From the NCBI GenBank assembly GCA_963703225.1, contig OY969801.1:96001-160000 (forward strand): a stretch of DNA of 64,000 bases. The letters run 5' to 3'. Shown here in pieces: positions 22,531-33,219 of the stretch (the stretch's first letter is position 1; each line of letters begins with the position of its first letter). The notes under the pieces are model-generated. The model did no database searches and was not told the DNA's origin. It saw only the letters and a program-made list of their open reading frames with translations. The position numbers and the translations under genes are program-made. Source of the DNA: Candidatus Eiseniibacteriota bacterium (GTDB lineage Bacteria > Eisenbacteria > RBG-16-71-46 > SZUA-252).

Positions 22531-24810
22531 ATGCTCTGGATTCTGATGGGGTTGATCGCGCTGGGGATCGTATTCACGTTCCCGCCCGTGCGACGGCTCT
22601 TGGTGACCCGCTGGATCATGCCGATACTGGCGGGGACGCTTCCCCGAATGGGTGAGACCGAGCGGATCGCGCTCGAGGCGGGGACCGTCTGGTGGGAGGC
22701 CGAGCTCTTCTCGGGGCATCCGCGCTGGAAGAAGCTGATGGAGGCGCCCAAGCCCACGCTGACCGATCGGGAGCAGGCCTTTCTCGACGGTCCCGTCAAT
22801 GAGCTCTGCCGGATGGTCGACGACTGGGACGTCATCCAGAGCGGCGATCTCCCGCCGGCCGCGTGGGAGTTTCTCAAGAAGAATCGATTCTTCGGGATGA
22901 TCATTCCCCAGGAATACGGCGGGCTGGGATTCTCCGCGCTCGCCCACTCCGCGGTCATCACGCGCCTCTCGAGCCGAAGCGTCACGGCCGCGGTCACCGC
23001 GATGGTGCCCAACTCGCTCGGCCCGGCTGAGCTCCTTCTCCACTACGGAACCGAAATCCAGAAGCGCCACTATCTCCCGCGCCTGGCCCAGGGAGACGAA
23101 ATACCCTGCTTCGCGCTCACCGAGCCCGAGGCGGGCAGCGACGCCACCGCGCAGCAGAGCACCGGCGTGATTTGCCGGGGCGTCTACGAGGGGCGGGATG
23201 TGCTGGGGATGCGCCTCAACTGGAACAAGCGCTACATCACCCTCGCGTCGGCGGCCACGGTGTTGGGCCTCGCGTTCCGCCTCCACGATCCGGACCGGCT
23301 GCTCCGGGGCGATACGGATCTCGGGATCACCTGCGCCCTCCTTCCCGTCGGGCTCCCGGGGATCGAGATCGGGGAGAGGCACGACCCGCTCGGTGTGCCC
23401 TTTCTGAACGGCCCTACCTACGGCAAGGACGTTTTCGCGCCACTCGATTGCATCATCGGCGGACCCACGATGGCGGGGAAGGGCTGGAGGATGCTGATGG
23501 ATTGCCTCGCGGCGGGCCGAGGGATCTCGCTCCCTTCGCTCTCGGTGGGAGCCGCCCAGCTCGCCGCGCGGACCACGAGCGACTACGCCAACGTCCGCGA
23601 GCAATTCGGGCTGCCGATCGGGCGATTCGAGGGAATCGAGGAGCCGCTGGCGCGAATCGCGGGCCATACCTATTTCATGGACGCGACGCGACGGCTCACG
23701 CTGGGGGCCATCGACTCGGGGCAGAAGCCGGCGGTGGTCTCGGCGATCGTGAAGCGCTACCTGACGGAAGGGATGCGCGCCGTCGTGAACGACGCGATGG
23801 ACATTCAAGCAGGCGCCGCGATCGTGCGGGGCCCGCGGAACATCCTGGCTGGCGCCTATGCCTCGGTGCCGATCGGCATCACGGTGGAAGGAGCGAACAT
23901 CCTCACGCGATCGCTGATCATCTACGGCCAGGGGGCGATCCGCTGCCATCCCTACGTGCAGGAGGAGATGCGCGCGATTGCGGCGAACGATCTCCCGGCC
24001 CTCGACCGCGCGTTCTTCGGCCACCTCGGCCACGTGATCGCCACCAAGGTGCGGACGTTCTGGCTGGCGGTGAGCGGCGGAAGGCTCGCGATAGTTCCGG
24101 CCAAGGGACCGGCCGGCCGGCTCCTCGCCCAGCTCTCGCGCTACAGCGCGGCATTCGCGTTGGTCTCGGACGCCGCGATGGCGACCCTGGGTGGAACGCT
24201 GAAGCGCCGCGAGCGGCTCAGCGGCCGTCTGGCCGACGCGCTCGCGTGGATGTACATCGGCTCGGCCGTCGCCAAGCGCTTCCACGACGACGGGCAGCCC
24301 CAGCGGGATATCCCGCTTCTCCGCTGGTCCGCGGCGCATGCGCTCCACGAAATCCAGACGGCGCTCCAGGGGGTGCTCGACAATCTGCCGAACCGTCCGG
24401 TGGCGTGGGCGCTTCGGCTGTCGATCTTCCCGTTCGGCGCGCGCCTCCGCCCGCCGAGCGACCGGGTGAGCAGCTCGGTGGCCAAGCTGGTGCTCTCCGA
24501 TCGCGAAGCGCTCGTGCGGTTGACCGGGGATATCTACGTTCCCTCGCCGGAGGAGGCGGGGCTTGGGAAGCTCGAGGCCGCGGCCGCCAAGATCGCGGCG
24601 GCGGCACCGATCGATCGGAAGATCCGCGACGCCGTCCGGGCCAAGAAGATCCGGGATCTCGAAGGCGATGATCTCCTTGATGCGGCGCTCCGCGCGGGGA
24701 CGATCACCGATCAGGAGCGCTGCCACGCGCGGGAAGCGGCCCGGGCGCGGCACGACGTCATCCAGGTCGATTCATTCGGGACCGCCGAGTATTTGAAGCT
24801 GAGACGGTAG
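22531..24810 (+). CDS. fadE: Acyl-CoA dehydrogenase FadE (long, DUF1974 type)
   Basis: 'MVPNSLGPAELL', 'CFALTEPEAGSDA', 'LNWNKRYITLA' and 'ITVEGANILTRSLIIYGQGAIRCHPY'. Confidence 0.92.
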   Translation: MLWILMGLIALGIVFTFPPVRRLLVTRWIMPILAGTLPRMGETERIALEAGTVWWEAELFSGHPRWKKLMEAPKPTLTDREQAFLDGPVNELCRMVDDWDVIQSGDLPPAAWEFLKKNRFFGMIIPQEYGGLGFSALAHSAVITRLSSRSVTAAVTAMVPNSLGPAELLLHYGTEIQKRHYLPRLAQGDEIPCFALTEPEAGSDATAQQSTGVICRGVYEGRDVLGMRLNWNKRYITLASAATVLGLAFRLHDPDRLLRGDTDLGITCALLPVGLPGIEIGERHDPLGVPFLNGPTYGKDVFAPLDCIIGGPTMAGKGWRMLMDCLAAGRGISLPSLSVGAAQLAARTTSDYANVREQFGLPIGRFEGIEEPLARIAGHTYFMDATRRLTLGAIDSGQKPAVVSAIVKRYLTEGMRAVVNDAMDIQAGAAIVRGPRNILAGAYASVPIGITVEGANILTRSLIIYGQGAIRCHPYVQEEMRAIAANDLPALDRAFFGHLGHVIATKVRTFWLAVSGGRLAIVPAKGPAGRLLAQLSRYSAAFALVSDAAMATLGGTLKRRERLSGRLADALAWMYIGSAVAKRFHDDGQPQRDIPLLRWSAAHALHEIQTALQGVLDNLPNRPVAWALRLSIFPFGARLRPPSDRVSSSVAKLVLSDREALVRLTGDIYVPSPEEAGLGKLEAAAAKIAAAAPIDRKIRDAVRAKKIRDLEGDDLLDAALRAGTITDQERCHAREAARARHDVIQVDSFGTAEYLKLRR

Positions 24811-24869
24811 CCTCCCGCCCGCGGCCGGTCTCCGGCACGCAGTGCGGGCAGGACCGGCGCCTGCTAACG

Positions 24870-27479
24870 TCAGAGCCGCTCCCGAGCCGTCCTTAACCCG
24901 ACCGCCTCCGCCTCGCGCCCCGCGGCGCGCGACCGCGTCTCCGCTTCTTCGAGGAGTAGTTCGGCCCGTCCACGGTCCGACACGATCGACGCCGCGAGAT
25001 CGGCCCCCACCATCGGGGACCACGCCATCATGGCCTCGGAGCTTGCTCCCGAGAGAAGGTCGCCCGGGGCGTGGTGCTCGAGCCATCCATTGTCTTCGGT
25101 GTTGGTCGGGCCAGGACCGAGGCCGGCGACGATCCGGTCGAGGCGGCCCCGATAGTAGCGGAGTAGATCGGCCGGCGACGCGACGCCGACCCGGTTGAGC
25201 TGCGCCGCGATCCCCGGGTTCTCCCAGGCCCGCTCCAATTGACTGAGGTCGAGGGGCAGCTCCCGATCCGGCGATGCGAGGATGATCAGATCGGACGAGG
25301 CATCGACGACGAAGAGCTGGCCATGCGGAAAGCGGGTCGCGAGAGTGCGGAGGATCGTCCACAGGGCTGCAGGGGAGGTCTGGTAGCAATGCACCCACTG
25401 GCCGAAAATCCCGCCAGGTCGCAACTTCCGCGCCGCGGCTTCATAGAATTCCTCCGTGAAGAGATCGGCCATGCCGGCGATCCATAGATTCGAGGGCTCG
25501 GAGATGATCGCGTCGTAGGTGCCGCGCGCGGAACGAAGGTAGGTGCCGGCGTCCTCGACCAGGAGCTGACTCCTCACGTCTTGGAGCGGGTCGCCGGCGT
25601 CGGCACGGAAGTAGGGTGCCGCCTCGATCACGGCGCCCTCCAGCTCCACCGTCAGCACGCTCCGGACCGGGTGCGTGAGGACCGCGCGCGTCGTGACACC
25701 GCTTCCGTATCCGACGACGCAGACATCCTTCGCTTGCGGCGCGAAGAAGAGCGGGAGCTGCCCCAGGAGCACCTGCAGCGCCATATCCTCGCCCACTCCC
25801 GTGGTGGCGTCGGTCTTCCCGTTGATCAGAAGCGCCCTCCGCCCGGCCGTCTCGAGAACCGCCACCGCCGCGACCCTTCCTTCCTTGTAGAAGAGAAGCC
25901 GTTCGACCGCGGGCGTGGTTCCGATCCGGTCGATCATTCGGTGCGTAATCGAAGGGCCGCCAAACCAGTGCGATCGAAGGAGCCGCACGAGGCCGAGGCT
26001 CATCCGCTCCGGATTCCAGGTCGGCATGGCGAAGAGCGCGAAAGCCGCGGTCAAGGCCGCCAGCGCCGCCGCGGCCGAGCCGCGCCGAAGCGTCGGCCCT
26101 TCCCCCGCGAGCAGCGCGCCGATGCCGATCGCGGCGTTGAGCGCGCCCGCGAGCAGGATCGAGCGGAGCGTCCCGATCCATGGAATGAGCAGGAACGCCG
26201 TCGCGAGCGAGCCCAGGATCGATCCCACCGTGTTCGCCGCGTAGATCGCGCCGACCGACGCGCCCGCTTCACGCCCACGGCGCTGATAGATGGCGACGGC
26301 GGTGGGGAAGAGGGCGCCGAGCAAGAGCGCGGGGGGAAGAATGATTCTCGCCGCGATCCACGCCTCCCCGAGGAGCAGGCGGGCCGTGCTGCCCATCGAC
26401 CAGGCGATGGCGTCGGCCTGCCAGTAGGGCAACCGCTCGAAGAGCCGGCTCCCGAGCGCGACCGCCGCCGCCAAGAGTCCCTGGAGAGCGCCGAAGAGCG
26501 CGACCGGGGCGCGGACGTGGCGGAGGAGTCGAGTCGCGAGGGCCGCGCCCAGCGCGATGCCGACGAGGTAGATCGCGAGGATCGCTGAAAAGGCGTAGAC
26601 CATGCCTCCGAACGGCACGGCGAGAATCCGCGTCCAGGCGACCTCGTAGAGAATCGCGGTGAATCCCGAAATGGCGATGATCGGAAGGATCCACCGCGTG
26701 GGTGACGACGCGGCGGCCGCCTGGGCCGCGGGGCCGCCGGATCGACGCGATGCGCCGGTGGCCGCAGTCCATTCCGGCCCGGCCTGGGGAGGAGCGGACG
26801 GACGCGCGAGAAGGATCGCGGCCACCACGGAGAGATCGATCGCCGCGGCGAGCGCGGCGGTCTTCCAGAGGCCCAACGCGGGGATCGCGAGGAAGCCCGC
26901 CGCGGCCACGCCCGCCACCGCGCCGGCCGTGTTGATGGCGTAAAGCCGGGCTACCGCACGCGCGGATGCTTTCGGATCGCGGCGCGAAAGGTCGGAAACC
27001 AGGAGAGGGAGTGACGCGCCCATCGCGGTGGTCGGAACGAGCAGCGCGGCAAAGAGCGCGAGAAACCGAAGCAAGAGAAACGCCGCGCCATGCCCCAGGA
27101 AGAGCGCGTTCAGGGTCGCGAAAAGCGGGCGGGCCGCGATATAGGCGAGCGGGCTCAAGAGGCCGAGCAGCGCCACGACCAGCTCCAGCTTGGCGTAGAG
27201 AAGGAGCGGCTCTCTGGTCCTCGCCGCGAAACGGCCGCCGACGGCGGCGCCGATGCCGAGACCTCCGAGGAACGCGGCCACCACGGTGGAGACCCCATAG
27301 ATCGAGTTGCCGAGCAAGAACGAGAGGTACTTGGACCAGACGACTTCGAGGATCAACCCGGCAGAGCCGGAGGCGAAGAAGCAGGCGTAGAGGAGGGCCC
27401 GGCGTGGCGGCTTCGGCGCCGGTTCCCCACCGATCGGACGGACTGGCAAGGGTTTGCGAATCCGCCTGGAACGCGGCAT
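24870..27479 (-). CDS. Fused membrane (MFS-like) / spermidine synthase-like protein
   Basis: Repeated 'SG...L.YEV.W' TM blocks, 'LYAINTAGA', 'INGKTDA', 'VVGYGSGVT' and 'IISEPSNLW'. Confidence 0.85.
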   Translation of the reverse strand: MPRSRRIRKPLPVRPIGGEPAPKPPRRALLYACFFASGSAGLILEVVWSKYLSFLLGNSIYGVSTVVAAFLGGLGIGAAVGGRFAARTREPLLLYAKLELVVALLGLLSPLAYIAARPLFATLNALFLGHGAAFLLLRFLALFAALLVPTTAMGASLPLLVSDLSRRDPKASARAVARLYAINTAGAVAGVAAAGFLAIPALGLWKTAALAAAIDLSVVAAILLARPSAPPQAGPEWTAATGASRRSGGPAAQAAAASSPTRWILPIIAISGFTAILYEVAWTRILAVPFGGMVYAFSAILAIYLVGIALGAALATRLLRHVRAPVALFGALQGLLAAAVALGSRLFERLPYWQADAIAWSMGSTARLLLGEAWIAARIILPPALLLGALFPTAVAIYQRRGREAGASVGAIYAANTVGSILGSLATAFLLIPWIGTLRSILLAGALNAAIGIGALLAGEGPTLRRGSAAAALAALTAAFALFAMPTWNPERMSLGLVRLLRSHWFGGPSITHRMIDRIGTTPAVERLLFYKEGRVAAVAVLETAGRRALLINGKTDATTGVGEDMALQVLLGQLPLFFAPQAKDVCVVGYGSGVTTRAVLTHPVRSVLTVELEGAVIEAAPYFRADAGDPLQDVRSQLLVEDAGTYLRSARGTYDAIISEPSNLWIAGMADLFTEEFYEAAARKLRPGGIFGQWVHCYQTSPAALWTILRTLATRFPHGQLFVVDASSDLIILASPDRELPLDLSQLERAWENPGIAAQLNRVGVASPADLLRYYRGRLDRIVAGLGPGPTNTEDNGWLEHHAPGDLLSGASSEAMMAWSPMVGADLAASIVSDRGRAELLLEEAETRSRAAGREAEAVGLRTARERL

Positions 27480-27619
27480 CGCATTATGCTATACTAAGTT
27501 CGATCCGGCGTGGGTTGCGAAGCGGGCCTGGACGCTCAGGCTTCGATCGCGGCCTTCCCCAGTCACACATTCGAGACACAGCGCGGAGATCCGCTCCCAT
27601 CGCCCGTCATCGTAGTCCT

Positions 27620-30454
27620 GTGTCTTTTTGGTCACGGCCCCTTGCGACGCCGGTTGCCCTCGTCATGCTTTGGGCTGCCTTGTCCGCGATCCCATCCTCG
27701 GCCGCACCGCTCACCGGCTCAGCGTCGAAGCCTCCGACGCCGCTTCCACGCGGGGTCTATCGCACCGAGGCTCAGGGCGCGCAGCCGGGCGGGAGACCCA
27801 ACCGCTCCTCTCACCGCCCGCTGTTTCCTCCTCCACCACTCGAGGAGGTCTACGTATTCCAGGACAGCCTCGACGGCCTGACCCTCGACGACCAGGGCGG
27901 ATGGACTCATTTTGACGCCTCCGGCGGACCCACCGCGTGGCACATCGACTCGTTCCAGGGTTGCTCCGGGAATGGGTGGTGGTGCGGGATGATCGATTCC
28001 TCGTGGGTGCTGGACAACAACCGCGCTGGGTACGGCAACAGCTGGACGCAGTACCTCGAGAACTCGGTCAACGTATCGAGTATCGCCGCCGGCACCCCGG
28101 TGACCCTCTCGTTCACGTACAAGATGAACTGCGAGCGGCCCTTCGACTTCGGCGTCCTTTCGGTCGGGGATTTGTCGGATTTCTACATCGATTTGGCGAC
28201 CTTTACCGGAGTGACGGGGTGCACGACGTTTTCGGTCGTGATCGCGGAGTCGACCTGGATAGGCTGGAAGAACTATCCCGGCGGCCCGAAACCGATGCCG
28301 TTCCGTTTCACCTTCTTCAGCGATAACGCCTACTCATCCGAGGACGGTTTGTACCAGGGCGAAGGCTGGTTCATCGATAACGTCGAAGTCGACGCGGGAG
28401 CCCAGGTCAAGTTTTTCGACGACATGGAGCACGGGCCGGGCACATGGGTCCGGACCACGCTGCCCGCCGTCGGGGACTACTACCAGATCAAAGCAAACGT
28501 CGCGACGGAGGACCTCTGCACGGACAACCGGACGAACGTTTGGGTGATGTGGGACCCGGTCATGCTCTCCCTCATACCGCGGCTCGACGATCGGCTGGTC
28601 ACCCCCGCCGTGGACACGGATCGATCGTCGACGGTGCTCGTCGCGTTCGACATCTACCGAAACCTGCCGCTGGAGGGGTGTTTCTACTACAGCCTCCTCT
28701 ACCGAACGCGGAACGTGGGGGACCCGACCTGGGGTCCCTACAAGGACCCGACCGGGCTCCTTTATTACGGATCGAGCAAGGACTGGATCCGCCAGAAGGT
28801 CACGCTGCCCGAGGCGGGCGGCAAGGACTCGGTCCAGGTGCAATTCATCGTGAAGGACTACGGGCAGATCTACTGCGGGGGGCCAGCCGGGTTCGCCAAC
28901 ATCTATACACTGTTCGACAACGTCGCGATCGGAATCAAGATGACCGCGCCGCCGGTCTTCATCCAAAGGGACCTGGACCTCTTCCAGGACACGTTCCGGA
29001 CGACCGCGTTTTTTGGAAACGACAACTTCAATACGCCGCTGGGAGACAGCGCGGTGATTCAGGTTGGCACCAGCCGCGGGTACAAGAACGGCTTCATGTA
29101 CTACCGCCTGAACAACGGCTCCTGGAGCTCGACCTCCCTCCAGCAGTCGAACCCTAGCTACCCGACCATCCGCTACGCGGACGTGCCGCCCGGGAACTAC
29201 GGCGCGGGGACGACGCTCCAGTACTATTTTGCGGTCACCGATAGCGCGGACTCCGTCGCGTATCTCCCCAAGAACGCGCCCTTCACACAGACCTATCTCT
29301 CGGCGTCCATTCTGCCTGTGAAATCCGCCACGAACCCGGCGCTCGGCTGCACGGACAGCCTCGCCCAGATCCTCTTCGTGAACAACAACTCGGGGCGGGA
29401 GCCGGAGGCCACCATCGCCAAGGCGCTGGCCGCGCAGGGATACAAGTTCGACACGTGGGACGTGAATGGGCCGACGAGCGGGGCCGGGAATACCCCCGGC
29501 GGTCCGCCGGCGGGAGACCCCTATTACTTCTGGCCGGGCTCGTCGACGAACGATTTGATCCGCTACTCCACGATTATCTGGCACGCGGGGAGCCTGAGCG
29601 AGTTCACCGTCCGCCAGCCGGACCAGGCACTGATCCAGTCGTGGATTCAGCAGCCCGGCAAGAACCGGAATCTCTACCTGGTCGGAGACAACATCGCCTA
29701 CGAACTGATCGTTCTGAACCAGAACTACAACAGCTTCCTCGATTTCACCATGGGCGCCCGGTATCTCCGAAATGTCTGGGAGGATTTCCCGCAGGATACC
29801 CTGCATCCGTTGATCACCGGCTACGCGACCTCGCCCTCCGCGGGACGACTGATGCACGTCAACTCGGATTGCCCGCAGATTGAGGATTTCGACCTGATCA
29901 CCACGTCCACGGGCGCTCCGGCGCGAGGGAAGTCCGGGAATTTCCTCCGCTACCCCAACACGTTCCCGGCCGCCACGCGGTTCGCCACCAAGTACGTCTC
30001 CTTCGGCTCCGACAGCGCGCGGACCATTCTGCAGGCGTTCAATTTCAACGACATCGAGGAGGGCGGGGAGCGGATCCGGCTGATCAAGAACGTCGTGACC
30101 GACTACTTCCAGGTGCCGGCCTGCTATTTCCCGACCGGGGTGGAGGACGATCCGGTTTCAGGCGCGCCGGCGGTGCCGAACATGCTCTTCCAGAATGCCC
30201 CCAATCCGTTCAACCCCGAGACGACGATACGCTACGCGGTGGCGGGTCCCGGGTGGGCCACGATCCGGATCTACGGGGCGGGCGGGGCTCTGGTGCGGAC
30301 TCTGGTCGATCGCCACCACGCGGCCGGCTACTACACGGTCCGCTGGGACGGGAAAGACGATGCGGGCCGCAAGCTGAGCAGCGGCGTCTACTTCTACAAG
30401 CTGGAGTCGGCGTCGGGCGCGAGCGAGGCGAAGAAGCTCTTGATGTTGAAGTAG
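27620..30454 (+). CDS. Large secreted multidomain protein with C-terminal FlgD-Ig (CTD-like) domain
   Basis: Signal peptide from GTG 27620. 'EGWFIDNVEV' jelly-roll/InhA-like segment. C-terminus 'QNAPNPFNPETTIRY...WDGKDDAGRKLSSGVYFYKL...KKLLMLK'. Confidence 0.8.
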   Translation: MSFWSRPLATPVALVMLWAALSAIPSSAAPLTGSASKPPTPLPRGVYRTEAQGAQPGGRPNRSSHRPLFPPPPLEEVYVFQDSLDGLTLDDQGGWTHFDASGGPTAWHIDSFQGCSGNGWWCGMIDSSWVLDNNRAGYGNSWTQYLENSVNVSSIAAGTPVTLSFTYKMNCERPFDFGVLSVGDLSDFYIDLATFTGVTGCTTFSVVIAESTWIGWKNYPGGPKPMPFRFTFFSDNAYSSEDGLYQGEGWFIDNVEVDAGAQVKFFDDMEHGPGTWVRTTLPAVGDYYQIKANVATEDLCTDNRTNVWVMWDPVMLSLIPRLDDRLVTPAVDTDRSSTVLVAFDIYRNLPLEGCFYYSLLYRTRNVGDPTWGPYKDPTGLLYYGSSKDWIRQKVTLPEAGGKDSVQVQFIVKDYGQIYCGGPAGFANIYTLFDNVAIGIKMTAPPVFIQRDLDLFQDTFRTTAFFGNDNFNTPLGDSAVIQVGTSRGYKNGFMYYRLNNGSWSSTSLQQSNPSYPTIRYADVPPGNYGAGTTLQYYFAVTDSADSVAYLPKNAPFTQTYLSASILPVKSATNPALGCTDSLAQILFVNNNSGREPEATIAKALAAQGYKFDTWDVNGPTSGAGNTPGGPPAGDPYYFWPGSSTNDLIRYSTIIWHAGSLSEFTVRQPDQALIQSWIQQPGKNRNLYLVGDNIAYELIVLNQNYNSFLDFTMGARYLRNVWEDFPQDTLHPLITGYATSPSAGRLMHVNSDCPQIEDFDLITTSTGAPARGKSGNFLRYPNTFPAATRFATKYVSFGSDSARTILQAFNFNDIEEGGERIRLIKNVVTDYFQVPACYFPTGVEDDPVSGAPAVPNMLFQNAPNPFNPETTIRYAVAGPGWATIRIYGAGGALVRTLVDRHHAAGYYTVRWDGKDDAGRKLSSGVYFYKLESASGASEAKKLLMLK

Positions 30455-30474
30455 GAAACGGCGCCCGCCGTTTC
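30455..30474. terminator. Hairpin between convergent genes
   Basis: GAAACGGC-GCCC-GCCGTTTC immediately after the stop at 30454. Confidence 0.5.
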
Positions 30475-30527
30475 AAACAGGACGCCCGCGCCCAGGCGGG
30501 CGAGGCAATCACGTCAATCGACCGGCA

Positions 30528-31919
30528 TCAGCTGTGGATCGCCCTTCCGTCGACCGCGAGCGCGGCCTCCTTGAGGGCTTCGGCCAGCGTGGGATGCGCG
30601 TGGCAGGCGCGGGCCAAGTCCTCGCTGCTCGCCCCGAAATCCATCGCGACGGCGGCCTCGGCGATCATGTCGCCGGCCCGCGGCCCGATGATGTGAATCC
30701 CGAGCACCCGGTCGGTGCCGGCGTCGGCCAGCACCTTGACCCGCCCGTCGGTCTGCGCCAGGCAGTGCGCCCGCGCGTTCGCCTTGAAGAAGAAGACCCC
30801 CTTCTTGTAGGGCGCCCCCGCCTCCTTCAGCTCTTCCTCGGTCCGGCCCACGGAGGCGATTTCGGGCTGCGTATAGACGACGCCGGGGATGGCGTCGTAG
30901 TTGACGTGGCCGAATCCCGTGACGATCCGCTCCGCGCAGGCCACGCCCTCTTCCTCCGCCTTGTGCGCGAGCATCGCGCCGCCGATCACGTCCCCGATCG
31001 CATAGAGGCCCTCGACCGACGTGGCGTAGCCGGCGTCCACGGCGATTCGCCCCTTCGCGTCCGGCTTGATCCCGACCGACTCGAGCCCCAGGCCCTCGGT
31101 GTTCGGCGCGCGGCCCACCGCGACGAGCACGCGGTCGCACCGGATCGGCTCCGCGCCCTCGCACTCCACCACGCAGCCCTTGCCGTCGACCCGGGCGGAG
31201 GTCACCCGCTGCCCCAACCGAAACTCCAGGCCCTGGCGCTCGAGCAGCCGCTGCCCCTCCCGCGCCATCTCGAAATCCATCCCGGGGAGAATCCGGTCGA
31301 GATACTCGACCACGGTCACCTTGGCGCCGAGCCGGCTCCAGACCGAGCCCAGCTCCAGCCCGATGTAGCCGGCCCCGATGACAACGAGATGCTTCGGGAC
31401 GGTCGGGTAGGAGAGAGCCTCGGTGCTCGTGCCGACGCGATCGGAATGGAGCGTCACGCCGGGGAGCATCGAGGGCCTGCTGCCGGTGGCGATGATGATG
31501 TGTCGCGCGCGGACGTCCGCGGCGCTCGGCCCGCCCTCCACGACGACGCGCCCCGGCCCCGCGATCCGTCCGTGCCCCAGGTAGCGCGTCACCTTGTTCT
31601 TCTTGAAGAGAAAATCGACGCCCCGGGTGCGGCCGCCCACCACCTCCTCCTTCCGCTTCAGCATCACGGGGAGGTCAAGCTGGACGCCTTGGATCTTCAC
31701 GCCGTGCAGGGCGAGCGCTTCCTTCGTCTCGCGGTAGCGCTCGCTGGACTCGAGCATCGCCTTGCTGGGGATGCAGCCGACGCGGAGGCAGGTCCCGCCC
31801 AAGGCCTCCACCTCCTCGATGCACGCCGCGTTCAGACCCAGCTGGGCCGCCCGGATCGCGGCGACGTAGCCCCCCGGGCCCGCGCCGATCACGACGAGGT
31901 CATGGATCGCTTCGGCCAT
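30528..31919 (-). CDS. lpdA: Dihydrolipoamide dehydrogenase (E3)
   Basis: 'GAGPGGYVAAIRAAQLG', 'GGTCLRVGCIPSK' and 'HAHPTLAE'. Confidence 0.97.
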   Translation of the reverse strand: MAEAIHDLVVIGAGPGGYVAAIRAAQLGLNAACIEEVEALGGTCLRVGCIPSKAMLESSERYRETKEALALHGVKIQGVQLDLPVMLKRKEEVVGGRTRGVDFLFKKNKVTRYLGHGRIAGPGRVVVEGGPSAADVRARHIIIATGSRPSMLPGVTLHSDRVGTSTEALSYPTVPKHLVVIGAGYIGLELGSVWSRLGAKVTVVEYLDRILPGMDFEMAREGQRLLERQGLEFRLGQRVTSARVDGKGCVVECEGAEPIRCDRVLVAVGRAPNTEGLGLESVGIKPDAKGRIAVDAGYATSVEGLYAIGDVIGGAMLAHKAEEEGVACAERIVTGFGHVNYDAIPGVVYTQPEIASVGRTEEELKEAGAPYKKGVFFFKANARAHCLAQTDGRVKVLADAGTDRVLGIHIIGPRAGDMIAEAAVAMDFGASSEDLARACHAHPTLAEALKEAALAVDGRAIHS

Positions 31920-31920
31920 T

Positions 31921-33219
31921 TCAGATGCCGAGGAGCATCCGGGTGGGGCGCTCGACGAGCTCCTTGATGTGCTTGAGGAAGGTTACGGATTCGCGTCCGT
32001 CGATGACGCGGTGATCGTAGGTCAGCGCCACGTACATCATCGGGCGGATGACGATCTGGTCGTTTACGACGACCGGCCGTTTCTCGATGGCGTGGAGGCC
32101 CAGGATCCCGCTCTGCGGCGGGTTGATGATGGGCGTCGAGAGGAGCGAGCCGTAGACGCCTCCATTGGAAATCGTGAAGGTGCCCCCCTTGAGCTCGTCC
32201 AAGCTCAGCTTGTTCTCCCTGGCGCGGGCGGCGAAGTCGGCGATCGCGATCTCGATTTCCGCAAAGCTCTTCCGCTCGGCGCCGCGCAGCACGGGGACCA
32301 CCAAGCCCTTTCCGCCTCCCACCGCGATCCCGATGTCGTAGTAGTTCCGGTAGATGATCTCCTTTCCACGAATTTCGGAATTTACCTGTGGAAACTGCAT
32401 CAGGGCGTCGATCGAGGCCTTGACGAAAAACGACATGAACCCGAGCTTGACGCCGAAGCGCTCCTGGAAGGGCTCGCGTAGCTCTTCGCGCAAGGAGACA
32501 ACCTGCGACATGTCGATCTCGTTGAACGTCGTCAGGAGCGCGGCGGTGTTTTGGGCCTCCTTGAGCCGCTCGGCGATCCGAATTCTCATGGGGCTCATGG
32601 GGACCGCTTCCTCGATCCGCTCTCCCGAGTCCAACGGCGTGGCCGACGCCGGGGAAACGGCACCAGGGGCGCGGGGAGCCGCGGGCGCCGCCGGAGGCCG
32701 GGGCGCCGCCGGAGCCGCGGGCGTGCGCGCGAGGCGCTCGAGGACGTCTTCCTTCAGAATTCGGCCGCCGGGTCCGCTCGGGGCGACGTCGGCGGCGGTC
32801 AGGTGGTTCTCTTCCAGGAGGCGCCGGGCGGAGGGCATGACGCGCGGTGCCGGAACCGCACCCGCCGCCGATACCGGTGCTCTGGCCCCGGTCTTCGCGG
32901 GGCGCGCTGGCTCCGCGGCTGGGGCCCCGGCGGTTCCGGCGGCCTTGGTGCCGGTCGACTTCGCGGAGGGCTTCGCTCCGTCGCCGTCGCCGATCTCGGC
33001 GATGAGGTCGCCCACCTTGGCGATCTCGCCCTGCTTCTTCAGCACTTTGGCGAGCGTTCCCGAAACGGGCGAGGGAAGCTCGAGGGTCGCCTTGTCGGAC
33101 TCGATCTCGACCAGCGCCTCATCGCGCTCGACGCGATCCCCCTCCTTCTTGAGCCAGGAGCCGATCTGCACCTCCGTGATCGACTCGCCCACTTCCGGAA
33201 CTCGGAGCTCGACCGTCAT
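31921..33219 (-). CDS. sucB: 2-oxoglutarate dehydrogenase E2 (dihydrolipoamide succinyltransferase)
   Basis: Lipoyl domain '[10 protein letters not shown]...ESDKAT', 'LTTFNEIDM' and '[10 protein letters not shown]'. Confidence 0.97.
   Translation of the reverse strand: MTVELRVPEVGESITEVQIGSWLKKEGDRVERDEALVEIESDKATLELPSPVSGTLAKVLKKQGEIAKVGDLIAEIGDGDGAKPSAKSTGTKAAGTAGAPAAEPARPAKTGARAPVSAAGAVPAPRVMPSARRLLEENHLTAADVAPSGPGGRILKEDVLERLARTPAAPAAPRPPAAPAAPRAPGAVSPASATPLDSGERIEEAVPMSPMRIRIAERLKEAQNTAALLTTFNEIDMSQVVSLREELREPFQERFGVKLGFMSFFVKASIDALMQFPQVNSEIRGKEIIYRNYYDIGIAVGGGKGLVVPVLRGAERKSFAEIEIAIADFAARARENKLSLDELKGGTFTISNGGVYGSLLSTPIINPPQSGILGLHAIEKRPVVVNDQIVIRPMMYVALTYDHRVIDGRESVTFLKHIKELVERPTRMLLGI

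Noticed and set aside
26966..27619. Arg-rich N-terminal extension of the 1162-aa ORF
   Set aside because: It overlaps the spermidine synthase-like gene on the other strand. A signal peptide begins at GTG 27620, and a TGnTATACT -10 lies at about 27487-27495.
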